A DNA stretch of 64,000 nucleotides, taken from contig OZ024750.1 of NCBI GenBank assembly GCA_964016885.1, positions 46,004,001-46,068,000 of the forward strand, read 5' to 3'. Positions 49,495 to 64,000 of the stretch are shown piece after piece. Every line of letters begins with the position of its first letter. The first letter of the stretch is position 1. Position numbers and translations under genes: made by a program. Under the pieces are notes generated by a model. The model did no database searches. It saw only the letters and a list, made by a program, of their open reading frames with translations, and was not told the DNA's origin. Origin of the DNA: Eledone cirrhosa. Taxonomy: Eukaryota.

Positions 49495-50680
49495 ATCACT
49501 ATTGTCATCAAGTTGCCACAAATTGTGCATCCAGTCTTTGGGATACCTCAATAGATGCTTTCACAACCAGTCCTCACTGCGGGTGTTTATCTTCATACGT
49601 AGAAGGATCTCGGTATTGTGACCTCATCAGTCATTGAGGTTGTCGGATCAGCATTTTCTACGTCTACCTCTGCTTCATCTTCTCTGAAATATGCCCTGAT
49701 TGAGGGTTTTAGACAGGTAGTCGTGGTGGCATACGGGACCGTACAAAATAAGCTATCATCTTTCACCCTCGCAAGTAGTAGTACCTGGCTGTCAAAGTTG
49801 TTTGTTTTGTGCTTTGTATATTGGATGCGTAGCAGTCTTGTACCACACTTGTGCTCGATGACCTGGATTCTTCGTCCTGTATCAACTGTAAGATTCGAGC
49901 TCTCACACACAACACAGAAGGAGCGATGTCATCAATTCCAGATTCATTATGGCAGAAAAACCAGACCGAGTCATATCATTACCTCTCTTTGATACATGCC
50001 TTCAGCGTGGTTACTAGAATGAATCCACTTCTTCAAGTCTTTTTCCATTCAGCACAATGATGCTGGCTGTATTCTGGTTAAGACTATTAAACTGAATCTT
50101 GTTTTTTTCTGAACTAATTTCCATTCCGTGTGCACTTGTCTTCGCAATACTCCGATCATCTAATGATGTCATCAGTCTCAGGTATTAGGATCAATTATAT
50201 TGTGTCCTTAGTGTCAATTGTGATACGTTTAATTTATTTTCGTTAACATTTTGAAGGTTTCGTAAGACATTATGTATCCCAGCTTGGATGTTTTGCACTG
50301 GTCTATTATCTACTTCACTTTGGCTTCCCTCGTTTTCTTCCTAAGCTGTTGTATTGCCGTTTTGTCTCCTGATTAATTAACATGGCCTCACTCAGATCCC
50401 TCTTAATTCACATAGGTAGAAGATATCATCTGTATCCGATGGTTTCAATTTCCTTCTTTGTTTCAGAAGCATTTCTAGAGTTCTCTCGTGGAGTGCTTCT
50501 TTGGTGCTGTCGGCCAGGAAGCGCATATCTTCTGTTGGAAGGTTGAGGGGGGTAAACATGCCTTATACGTTCACCTTAATCCTTGATGTAACCTTAGTAT
50601 ATTTTAGTTTGTTTATATATGTCAAACATAATAAATTATGCTGTCTTTCTTATGCTGTCTTTCTTATGTTAGTTTAAGTT
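49495..50680 (-). pseudogene. Decayed RTE/BovB-like LINE reverse transcriptase fragment
   Basis: CESSNLTVDTGRRIQVIEHKCGTRLLRIQYTKHKTNNF resembles the RTE-BovB CESWTL..RRIQAFE.KC.RRLLRI motif; frameshifted; upstream boundary uncertain. Confidence 0.75.
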
Positions 50681-50864
50681 TCAATATCACCAGAACCGGA
50701 GCTTGACCATTTTGTGGCTCGAGCATAGAGTAAATTTGGGGGTGAATCATCCCTCTGCTAGGTAATATGGTGAAATGTTGTGTTGGCTAGGGTGTTTACT
50801 GGTGCTAGTAAACTCGGTCTGATTTGACTAAAGTAGATCGTTCCTTATTATATATATATATATC

Positions 50865-51078
50865 TAAGTCTAAAGTCTTTGTTAAGCCAGAAGGCTCATC
50901 AGGCAGGTGCTTATCGGTGTTTCATGGCGTGAAGCGACTGAGAGTACAAGACTCCCTCCTGGACAGGGCGCCAGTCCATCGCAGGGTTAAATCTCCAGCT
51001 ATTGCTGGTACTCATTTCCAGCTGAGTATATTGGAGCAACGTGAAATGAAGTGTTTTGCTCAAGAACACAACACGCAT
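50865..51078 (-). mobile_element. 5'-truncated family B SINE
   Basis: Matches 4635-4840. Confidence 0.8.
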
Positions 51079-51082
51079 CCCA

Positions 51083-51250
51083 GGAAGGAAATGTGTTAAG
51101 GAACCAGATGGACCATAACGCACCAAAGTACTCAATGCATAGGGTAGTAGAGTAGGTAATAGGAACGAGTAGGACCCCGACGGCTAATTCTGGATCCAGA
51201 ATTAGCCGTCGAAACGGCTTGGGCCCAGCCGTCGGGGTTCTACTCGTTCC

Positions 51251-51253
<3 letters not shown>
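51083..51253 (-). mobile_element. Family Z remnant with a palindromic hairpin
   Basis: Same sequence as 36755-36948; centre CTAATTCTGGATCCAGAATTAG. Confidence 0.85.
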
Positions 51254-51282
<29 letters not shown>

Positions 51283-52154
51283 ATTTAAGATCATGATTTC
51301 GATTCTCGCCCTGGTGGTTCCTTATGCCATTAAACAGGATTTGTTATTTCACATGGCTCCGATCCACTCAACTCATGAAGTGATGTATATCAGTGATTCA
51401 AATGTCCACTTTGTCAAACACATTGTCAAGTTAAATCTCCTTGAGAATTAAATCAAAGGTGAACCTGTCTATGAAATGTTCTGCTTCTTCCTTGTTTATT
51501 TCGCAAGTGGCCGTTCCTTTGTTCGAACAAGTGGAAAACTGATCATTGAAGTCGACACAGATGCAACACAAGATATTTTAAGATTATTGAAATTTAATTT
51601 TCAATGTCTTCGTTTTGCTAAAGTTTACAGAATTGATGGTGTGTATTGTCCAAAACGGGGATATTAGTAAGAAAACAATAAATGTTTGGCAAACACTTCT
51701 GTAAACAGGCTATCATGAAATAAAATATAAAAACTATAATTAAATTGAGTATTTGTAAGCCTTTGATTGTCTATGAGAGCAAATATGAATAAACCTTCGT
51801 TTTGAGTATGATGGTTAACGAAATCTCTCCCATCATCAAAAGACATAGGGCAATGAAAAAAAATGCAACAACAACATCATTAGTATTAGCAGCATGATTA
51901 ATGATGAAAAAAAGGCTAAAGGCTTGAACCATTTCAAATTAGGTTCCAAGCTCAGGTGACCTTATATTATATAGTGCTAACTTCACATTTTCTGTGACAC
52001 ATTCTTGTCATATGAAGATTTGACTGCAGCGACGATATTAATTTTTTTCATGTGCTTATGTGTTTCTTTCATGAAGAATCTGCCTAAATCCAGTTAATAT
52101 TGTCTCAACTGATAATTTGGTATTTTCTATGTATGTAAGAGTAGAGGAGTGTAT

Positions 52155-54490
<2,336 letters not shown>

Positions 54491-55042
54491 ACAAAACCTA
54501 CTGAGGCTAATATCCAGCCAGCTGATTGCCGAAAAATGATCAAAAGATCAAACTATTAGGTTGAAATAGTAATAATCATTTTAGTGTTCCAGGGCGAAAG
54601 ATGCGTAGACCTCGTTGTCTAATGAACTAATAAGAAGCAAGTATGATGAGTAGCTATTAAAAATATATATATATATATAATAAATAAACATTAGGATAGA
54701 GAAAGCGAGAAAGATGGAAATCATTCTGACACACAACGTAGAAAACATTTCCCCAATCACCAAGAATATTAAAGGAGAAAAAAACATAAATATAAATGTC
54801 GAGTAAGAAAGATATAAAGAATTTAAAACTAAAAACAACTGATAAACATTGAAAAGAGCTTCGACCTCTCTACACATGGGAGATAACTTCAAAGCAGGAA
54901 GTTCATGAAAAGTTTAGGAAAACGAGATGCGGGGGACACCAGATCAGTATTGAATTCGAACCTCGAAGGACTTGATTCATTTGCATATTCATGCTATATG
55001 GATGTATGTTACTTTGTATGAATATATATATACATACATATG

Positions 55043-55075
<33 letters not shown>

Positions 55076-55132
55076 GGGAATGTAATAAACGTAATGAAGA
55101 CATAACAAGTCGTCCTTTTATTATTATTATGC

Positions 55133-55320
55133 GGTGTATTGGCAGTATCGGTAGAGGGTCGGACGCCATGCTTTGACGGATAGAGTTACGGCCCTTGTCA
55201 TTCTGAGTTCAAATCTCGCCGAGGTTAACTTTGCCTTTCATCCTTACGGGGTCGATAAAATAATGTACCAGTAATGCACTGGGTATTTGCTGGCCTTGTG
55301 CCAAAAGTAGAAACAATTAT
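55133..55320 (+). mobile_element. Family A SINE
   Basis: Full head, core and tail. Confidence 0.85.
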
Positions 55321-55446
55321 ATTATATATATATATGCATGTATTTGTTTTCTCTTCAACATGTATTGAGTACTCTCTTCTTCAGCCGGTGACAAAAGTAA
55401 CGGCTACACACACAAACACACACACGCACGCACACACACACACACC

Positions 55447-55497
<51 letters not shown>

Positions 55498-56196
55498 ACA
55501 TACATATAATTTCACTCTATGTACATGTCATATTTTATCATATTTTCTATGGCAGTAGTATATATTATTATTTACCATTTTTTGTGGCACCACCCGACCC
55601 CAGTATTCTCCACTCTCTGATGACACACACCCTTCTGGCCGTAATACCTGCCATTCCAAAAACTTATTAAAAACCAATTAAATACCTTTCTGTGGTAGAA
55701 GATTTGGGCTTAGAATGTAGTCTTGCATATAGAATTACTGACACCCACATGTACACACACATACACATACATAAATATATATATATGTACACAGAAACAA
55801 ACACCCACACATATACATATACACAAATACACACACATACACATACATAAATATATACACAGAAACAAACGCACACACATACATATACACACATACATAC
55901 ACATACACATACATACATATATATATATGTACACAGAAAGAAACATTCACACATATACATATACACACATACCTACACATACACATACATATATATATAT
56001 GTACACAGAAAGAAACATTCACACATATACATATACACACATACCTACACATACACATACATATATATATATGTACACAGAAAGAAACATTCACACATAT
56101 ACATATACACACATACCTACACATACACATACATATATATTAACACGGAAACAAACAACCACACATATACATATACACACATACACACACATACAC

Positions 56197-56228
<32 letters not shown>

Positions 56229-56338
56229 GGAAACAAACACCCACACATATACATATACACACATACACACACATACACATATATATATATATATATGCAC
56301 ACGGAAACAAACACCCACACATATACATATACACACAT

Positions 56339-56404
<66 letters not shown>

Positions 56405-56795
56405 GGAAACAAACACCCACACATATACATACACACATACATACACACATACCAATACATATATATATATATCCTCACGGAAACAAACACCCACACATAT
56501 CCACGCACATACGTACTTTTGTAGATATATATAAATACCTATGTACATATGTATGTATACATACACACATAGATGCATATATTATATATATATATGTATA
56601 TATATATGTGTGTGTGAGTGTGTGTATGTGTGTGTGTTTGTAATATATACACAGTGTTCTTGGGGCAGTGGAATCACATTAGTCTTTAGACGATACACAG
56701 GAGATATAACTGTCTTTGGCAAGATTTATCAAACGTAACAAGAGCAGGTGACACCGACGATACCATATATAAATATAAATAAATATATATATGTA

Positions 56796-57148
56796 TACGA
56801 TATTAACAAATGGAAACTATATTTATAAAACCATATTTATTTCATTATACATATTTCAAGGACACCAAGTTAAATTATGGTGTGCTTTCATCAGATAAAA
56901 TATAATATAGAGCAATTTTATAAATAAAAGTTGACATACCCTTAAAGAATGCAACCATTACTGTTGAAAGCACACCATAATTTAACTTGGTGTCCTTGAA
57001 ATATGTATAATGAAATAAATATGGTTTTTATAAATATAGTTTCCATTTGTTAATATCGTATTTTTACTCCAATTATTTGTTGAGTGCTTTATATCAGTTA
57101 TAAAAATATTTGCTTGTTGTATCCCAACAATTTAAATAGAACTTTTAC
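56796..57148 (+). mobile_element. Family X remnant with ~95-bp inverted arms (56796-56890 / 56965-57060)
   Basis: Reverse-complementary arms; the 3' end matches 3420-3502, 36420-36466 and the reverse complement of 26780-26870. Confidence 0.85.
56838..56902 (-). ncRNA. Minimal type I hammerhead ribozyme
   Basis: Minus: TATTTTAT-CTGATGA-AAGCACACCA..TGGTGTCCTT-GAAA-TATGTA-TA-ATGAAATA. Confidence 0.8.
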
Positions 57149-57454
57149 ATATATATATATATATGAATAAAGTTAGTCCTTCATCAGTGATCTTCCAACG
57201 ATCATTGGTATTTCATCGCTTTAAAGACCATATACCTCCGGTTGGTGCGAGCAACGGCTTAAAAAATCGTTGGGACACGTAAATAAAGGGGACACGAGAG
57301 TGTAAACAAACAAAGATGGTGAAGCAACGAAAAGTGAAGAAGAACGAGTCAAGTCATAGGAACGATCGACTTTCGTCAAATCGGACCGAAGAAACAATGT
57401 TTCCGTTGGTCTTTCCAATTGCTAATACTATCTATCGGTCGCAACTCCAGGTAG

Positions 57455-57575
57455 AAGGAGCAACGTGAAATAAAGTGTCTTGCTCAAAGACATAACTGAT
57501 CGACTGCTTCAGGAATCGAACTCATGACCTCACGATTGCGAATCCAATTCTCTAACCACTCAGCCACACGCCTTC
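57455..57575 (-). mobile_element. Family B SINE head fragment
   Basis: TGGCTGAGTGG and GAGTTCGATTC on the minus strand. Confidence 0.7.
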
Positions 57576-57664
57576 GACAATACTATATTGAATACAATTA
57601 TTACCTCAGTCGTAAACAACAACAATAGCGACGATAACAGCAACAACATCAATATTATAAACAA

Positions 57665-58150
57665 TAATTGTTTCTACTTTAGGCACAAGGCCAGCAATTA
57701 TTCCAGTGTATTACTAGTACTTTATTTTATCAACCCCCTATGGAGGAAAGGCAAAGTTAACCTCGACGGGATTTGAACTCAGACTGTAAAAGGGCGTAAC
57801 TCTATGCTGCAAAGCATGACGTCCGACTCTCTACCGATACTACCAATCCACCGCTAAAAAAATAATAATTGTTTCTACTTTTGGCACAAGGCCAGCAATT
57901 ATCCCAGTGTACTTTATTTTATCGACCCCGTAAGGATGAAAGGCAAAGTTAACCTCGGCGGGATTTGAACTCAGAATGGCAAGGGCAAAGCGTGGCGTCC
58001 GACCCACTACTGATACTGCCAATCCGCTGTGTGATTTGGCACTATTTTCTCTTCCCTAAAAAGATCAAGGGAATGTTTTACCTCGGCCGGATTTAAATTT
58101 AAAACATAAAGGACAGTAAATACAGAGCTTTATATCCGATACCCTAACAA
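57665..58150 (-). mobile_element. Cluster of 2-3 tandem family A SINEs
   Basis: Copies at 57665-57853 and 57867-58027, plus a decayed one at 58040-58150. Confidence 0.8.
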
Positions 58151-58523
58151 TATTGCAAGGGGCCCTTGCAAGATCTATCACGGAATAATATATTAATGCG
58201 CAGTTCACTACATTATAATTAGATGAGGGACGTGTGTTACTGCCGAAGTTGGACATTCGGTTGTTTGATCAGCTGCAAGTCTAACTCTTGAATTAAAGTT
58301 TAAGGTTATGTCGAGAGAAGAACTTGAGCACTCATTATTGTGAAATGATCTTCTTCAACTCTCAACCATATCTACGTCCATGTAAGGATGGAATGGTACA
58401 CATGTTAGTATTATATTTATATGCATACTTGAATTTCTCTACTTGAGCTACACATTTTAAAACTTGACGGAGTTGATCCCTCTTCAAGTGTAGAAGCTCT
58501 GACCAAAGCTCGTTACTTCCCTG

Positions 58524-58554
<31 letters not shown>

Positions 58555-58610
58555 TTCGTTTCTGAATTTGTTTAGCAAGATTCTTTATCTGAAAACATGT
58601 GTTGAAACCG

Positions 58611-59115
58611 ATATTGTTATACTTTGGGATAGTCATGTTGCCAATAAGAAACACACGCACCAGTTACTTTCACTTCAATTTATTATAAATTAAATTTATA
58701 AATTTATAAATTTCCGGTTGGTTGGTTGGTTCCACAACCAGACGATTGTTAATATATTGTCAAAGTTCTTTCGTCACACATTCTGTGACCTCTTCAGCGA
58801 CTGGGGATTATTTTCTTTGTTTTTGTGCCTCTCCTTTTGTTCTGTCCTACGCCAACTTGTTTTTTTACAAGATGGCGTAGGACAGAACAAAGGAGAGGCA
58901 CAAAAGCAAAGAAAAGAATCCCCAGTCACTGAAGAGGTCACAGAATGTGTGACGAAAGAACTTTGACAATATATTAACAATCGTCTGGTTGTGGAACCAA
59001 CCAACCAACCGGAAATTTATAAATTCCTAAATTTATGAATTTAATTTATAATAAATTGAAGTGAAAGCAACTGGTGCGTGTGTTTCTTTTTGGCAACATG
59101 ACCCTCCCAAAGTAT

Positions 59116-59123
<8 letters not shown>
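58611..59123. repeat. Inverted repeat (~250-bp arms)
   Basis: ATATTGTTATACTTTGGGA...CCTACGCCA / TGGCGTAGG...TCCCAAAGTATAACAATAT, ending at (TA)n. Confidence 0.95.
58925..58967 (+). ncRNA. Minimal hammerhead motif (mirror near 58759-58801, -)
   Basis: GTCA-CTGAAGA-gGTCAC..GTGAC-GAAA-GAAC-TT-TGAC, with one extra G at the base of stem II. Confidence 0.55.
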
Positions 59124-59155
<32 letters not shown>

Positions 59156-59314
59156 TTAAAAATAATAATAAGAAGAAAGCAAGGACGGGCGGGGGGAAGT
59201 TTTCCATGTCTGCTGGGGGTCTCGGATATTTCTACGCATTAAAGACAAGATATCTACCTCCAGTGCGTTCAATAACTAGGTAAGTTATTGGGAAAACGAA
59301 GGAGGGAAGGAAAG

Positions 59315-59438
<124 letters not shown>

Positions 59439-61336
59439 TGTGTAAAAGAGAGAGTGAGTTGAGTCGCAACCTAATTGGTACTTGTATATTTGTTGACTGC
59501 AAAGGGATGACATCAGCTCGATTTGAACTGAGACCAGAAATACCCCAATGCAGTTTCTCCGACTCTTTAATAAATCCACCTGCTGACCGGTTTCAGTATG
59601 TAACGTACAAATCATCATTTTTTACTGTCACTCACCACTAGATTCACCACTGACCCCTTTTTTGATGATTCTAGTTGTCGTTATTTTTGTAAAGTATGTA
59701 CGTAGTATCCTTGAATGTTCAGATTTTTTCCCCACAATAATTATGTCCCCGGTTCGATTCCTCCTCATGACATCTTGGGCAAGTGTCATTTATACTATGC
59801 TTCGTGTCGATCCATGCATTGGGAGTGCATATTGTTAGAAGGAAATTACTGGAATCGAGTAGGGCGAACGTCATCTATAATTCGATGGGGAAAACATTAA
59901 ATATTCCTAAGATTTCTGTTTCTATCGAATGCTTAACGTCATACAGCTTAAATTCATGAGCAGACTGTTCCGTTCATTGAAAAGCTGGAATTCATTGTTG
60001 AAGACCACGCCAAGGAAAATTGATTGGGCCTTTAATGTTAACAATAGAAATATCTCCTGCGACTACGTCTTGAAGAAATGTACCACATGTTGTCAGAATG
60101 TTCAACCTTAGACCACAAAATGCATACATGTAGGTTAACAATCATGGGAATTGTATAACCAGTTATACTTTATAAGGATAATACTTTTCGATGTTAGGTT
60201 AGGTAATACTCCGTTTCGAATCTTGAAGAAGCATTTACATGATTATTCAATTCGCTAAAAATTGGAGCCAAATCTCTCTCAACACATTGGAAAAATGCCA
60301 CATTGTACAATTTAGATTGAAATATACATTTGACCATAGGCTTTTTCATCGGTGCATGGCCTAGAACAAAACAATAGCAACATCAACAGCTATACAAACG
60401 AAGGATAATCACTATGTAACAAAAGAAAATGTTGACTGGTTTTCCAAGACAAAAATGCGTCATAAATAGTGTTTCAGTAATTAACAAAATAACGACTATG
60501 TAATGAACAGAAACAAGTTGGAAAGTCTGCATGTAAAATGTATAAGTATTAAGGGAATGTATACCGTAATGTATTGAAACAAGCCAAAATACAAATTACT
60601 AAAACAAAACTCCTTATAGTACGACACGTAAGATGTGTGTCTAATTATTTAATTTTTACTTATAAATGGTGAAGCAGGAATGACATTGGCTCTCTTTTGT
60701 AATTTACATTGTCATTGTTTCATATAAGCATTGACAAAGACACGTTCCAGAAAATAGCAATATAAATAAACTCTGTAAATATAGCAAGAACATTCTTTCA
60801 AAGTATTTGTTTAGTGTTAGATATTTGCATGCATAAGTTCGGAGATTTATAAGATGCCTTTCATTCCAGCTTTCATTGTTATATAAGAAAGGATACGTCT
60901 GGTTTAACACTAAAGCTTAATACTACTACTACTACTACTACTAATAATAATAATAATAATAAAGATAAAGGTGATGATGATAATAATAATAATGATATGA
61001 TTGAGATGTATGATAAAAGAACATGAACTTTTCTCTCAGTATTTAGGAACAACAAGGTGCAAACTAGAAGCTAATTACATTGGTAAAAAAAAAGAAAAAA
61101 AAGATTTCGACAAGAATAATAGAACAGAAATGTTTAAGACCGTGAATACAAAGTGAAAATATACTTTGAAAAACAATGAATGGAGAGAAAAGCCACGTCG
61201 TGGTCAATAGCTTGCAAGACATGACAAAGTGAAATTATGTCTGAGCGAAAGAGAACAATGACTTGAGAACTTTCAGTTAAAATCCGAAACATGTCTGATT
61301 GTTTCATACAAAAGTCCAACGCCTAGACACAAATAA

Positions 61337-61755
61337 TTGTTTCTACTTTAGGCACAAGGCCAGCAATTGCCCAGTGCATTACTGGTACTTTATTTTATCG
61401 ACCCCGTAAGGATGAAAGGCAAAGTCAACCTCGGTGGGATTTGAACTCAGATCGTAAAGGGATGTAACTATGCTGGAAAGCATGGCGTCCGAACCTCTAC
61501 CGATACTGCCAATCCACCGCCCTAGACACAAATAATGGTTTCTATTTTTGGCACAGAGGCTAGCAATTTAGAGAGACAGAAAATACGATTCAATCGACCC
61601 CAGTACATTACTGGTACTATGTTTTATCGACCCCCGTAAGGATGAAAGGTAAAGTTAGCTTCGGCGGGATTTAAACTCAGGACATAATGGGCCATAACTC
61701 TATGTTGCAAATCATGGTTTCCGACGCTCCACCGATTCTGCCAATTCACTGCCCT
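61337..61755 (-). mobile_element. Young family A SINE inserted at the tail of an older one
   Basis: TSD CCTAGACACAAATAAT at 61323-61338 and 61521-61536. Confidence 0.85.
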
Positions 61756-61917
61756 CGGGGGCACAAATAATTATGACAAAACTGAAAAAATGAAAATAGA
61801 TCCTGACCACTGCAAAGTGAATATAACATAGACGTCTATAGCTTCTTTTTCCAGCGCGTTTCCCTTGCCGTCCTCCGGGGAAACACCGTCTCCATTCTGT
61901 CCGCCGGGGTTGTGGGT

Positions 61918-62661
61918 GGGCCCCATCGCGTACCTTTGTAGTTGTTGTATACAGATATTAACTCATCAACACACTTATTTGTTCTTGAACACACACCACA
62001 CATATGTACTGGGCCCCATCGCGTACCTTTGTAGTTGTTGTATACAGATATTAACTCATCAACACACTTATTTGTTCTTGAACACACACCACACATATGT
62101 ACTGGGCCCCATCGCGTACCTTTGTAGTTGTTGTATACAGATATTAACTCATCAACACACTTATTTGTTCTTGAACACACACCACACATATGTACTGGGC
62201 CCCATCGCGTACCTTTGTAGTTGTTGTATACAGATATTAACTCATCAACACACTTATTTGTTCTTGAACACACACCACACATATGTACTGGGCCCCATCG
62301 CGTACCTTTGTAGTTGTTGTATACAGATATTAACTCATCAACACACATATTTGTTCTTGAACACACACCACACATATGTACTGGGCCCCATCGCGTACCT
62401 TTGTAGTTGTTGTATACAGATATTAACTCATCAACACACATATTTGTTCTTGAACACACACCACACATATGTACTGGGCCCCATCGCGTACCTTTGTAGT
62501 TGTTGTATACAGATATTAACTCATCAACACACTTATTTGTTCTTGAACACACACCACACATAAGTACTGGGCCCCATCGCGTACCTTTGTAGTTGTTGTA
62601 TACAGATATTAACTCATCAACACACATATTTGTTCTTGAACACACACAGCACACATATGTA
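61918..62661. repeat. 93-bp tandem minisatellite, 8 near-identical copies
   Basis: GGGCCCCATCGCGTACC recurs at 61918, 62011, 62104 ... 62569. Confidence 0.97.
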
Positions 62662-62730
62662 CTCAGTATCACTCGCTCGCTCTCTTGTACTAACACAAAT
62701 TTAATACATTCAGAAACAACTTCAGTTATA

Positions 62731-63026
62731 TTTGTTTCTACTTTTTGGCACAAGGCCAGCAATTACCCCAGTGTATTACTGGTACTTTATTTTATCGACC
62801 CCGTAAAGATGAAAATCAAAGTTAACCTCGGCGGGAATTGAACTCAGACCGCAAAGGGACGTAACTATGCTGGAAATAATGGCGTCCGACCCTCTACCGA
62901 TACTGCCAATCCAGCGCCTTTAACTTCAGTATTATTGCTTCTTGATTATATTTACACAACATAGAATATGAGATACGTTGTAACGTAACTCCCACTAACA
63001 CACACACACACACACACACACAAACG

Positions 63027-63102
<76 letters not shown>

Positions 63103-63460
63103 CACACAGACGCAATCCCAAATGCATGTGAAACCACACATATATATATATATATATTTGTTTCTACTTTTTGGAACAAGGCCAGCAATTACCCAGTGCA
63201 TTACTGGTACTTTATTTTATCGACCCCGTAAGGATGAAAGGCAAAGTTAACATCGGCGGGATTTGAACTCAGATCGTAAAGGAACGTAACTCTTTGCGTC
63301 AAAGCATGGCGTCCGACCCTCTATGTATATATATATATAATAATTGTTTCTACTTTTGGCACAAGGCCAGCAAATACCCAGTGCATTACTGGTACTTTAT
63401 TTTATCGACCCGTAAGTATGAAAGGCAGCAAAGCTAGCCTCGGCGGGATTTGAACTCACA
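62731..63460 (-). mobile_element. Three family A SINE copies
   Basis: Copies at 62731-62918, 63158-63323 and 63342-63460. Confidence 0.85.
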
Positions 63461-64000
63461 ATATATATATGTATATTGATACATTGATAGAATTTGGTAC
63501 TGGAACCGGGATGATCGCTAATCAGAGAAGTACTCAATGTAAAGTATGTGGCAGAGTATTTACATTAGTAAAAGTAGAAGAACGACCGCGAACTAAGCAG
63601 TATCAACTAGATACCTTTTCTAAAACAGGTAACTATACGAAACTGCGGTGATCACAGTCGATGGTATTTGAACCGGTGCATTCAGGTCAAATTTGCTTTC
63701 ATCATTTTGGAATGGATTATCCGTCCAGTGGTATGTATTCAACCATTATTTATAGTTATTTGCCGTGTGGCTGCCAAATACATTCTAAATCAACGGAATT
63801 TTATTTAGTCATGGATTCTGTGATATTTTCGGGGAATTATAGAATAATTCTGTAAACGTTTCTAAATTCTCTTAAAATTTATGGAACTCTTTAGGTTCTA
63901 TTTTTTGTTTCATATTTCTTCTTCTTCTTCTTACTACTGCTGCTACTACTACTAATACTGCTACTACTACTACTACTATTACTGTTACTACTACTACTGC

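Noticed and set aside
61918-62661. CRISPR-like array
   Set aside because: The whole 93-bp unit repeats, with no unique spacers and no cas genes, and the context is eukaryotic.
63530-63570. C2H2 zinc-finger gene (CKVCGRVF)
   Set aside because: Only a half motif with no histidines, so it is at most a decayed fragment.

Overview
Very AT-rich, microsatellite-dominated eukaryotic DNA, probably intronic or intergenic. The SINE and LINE repertoire suggests a coleoid cephalopod such as Octopus (inference). Almost all listed ORFs are artefacts of (TA)n, (CA)n or trinucleotide tracts, and no host gene can be called with confidence. The real coding remnants are retroelements: a 5'-truncated but open Penelope-like (Naiad-type, CxCx5C) RT+GIY-YIG ORF at 42516-44133 (-), a second GIY-YIG fragment at 31061-31520 (-), an RTE RT relic, an RTE C2H2 tail and an L1/Tx1-like tail. 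The window also holds many tRNA-derived SINEs, RTE-derived non-autonomous elements and two MITEs. The most striking signal is a dense set of short (100-550 bp) inserts in (TA)n tracts. Many are long, near-perfect hairpins, and they carry type I hammerhead ribozyme motifs of several architectures: a complete canonical one, minimal palindromic-stem-III ones with a conserved C-C mismatch, U3-A8 core variants, and one with a ~116-nt stem II. Coordinates were read by eye and may be off by a few bases.
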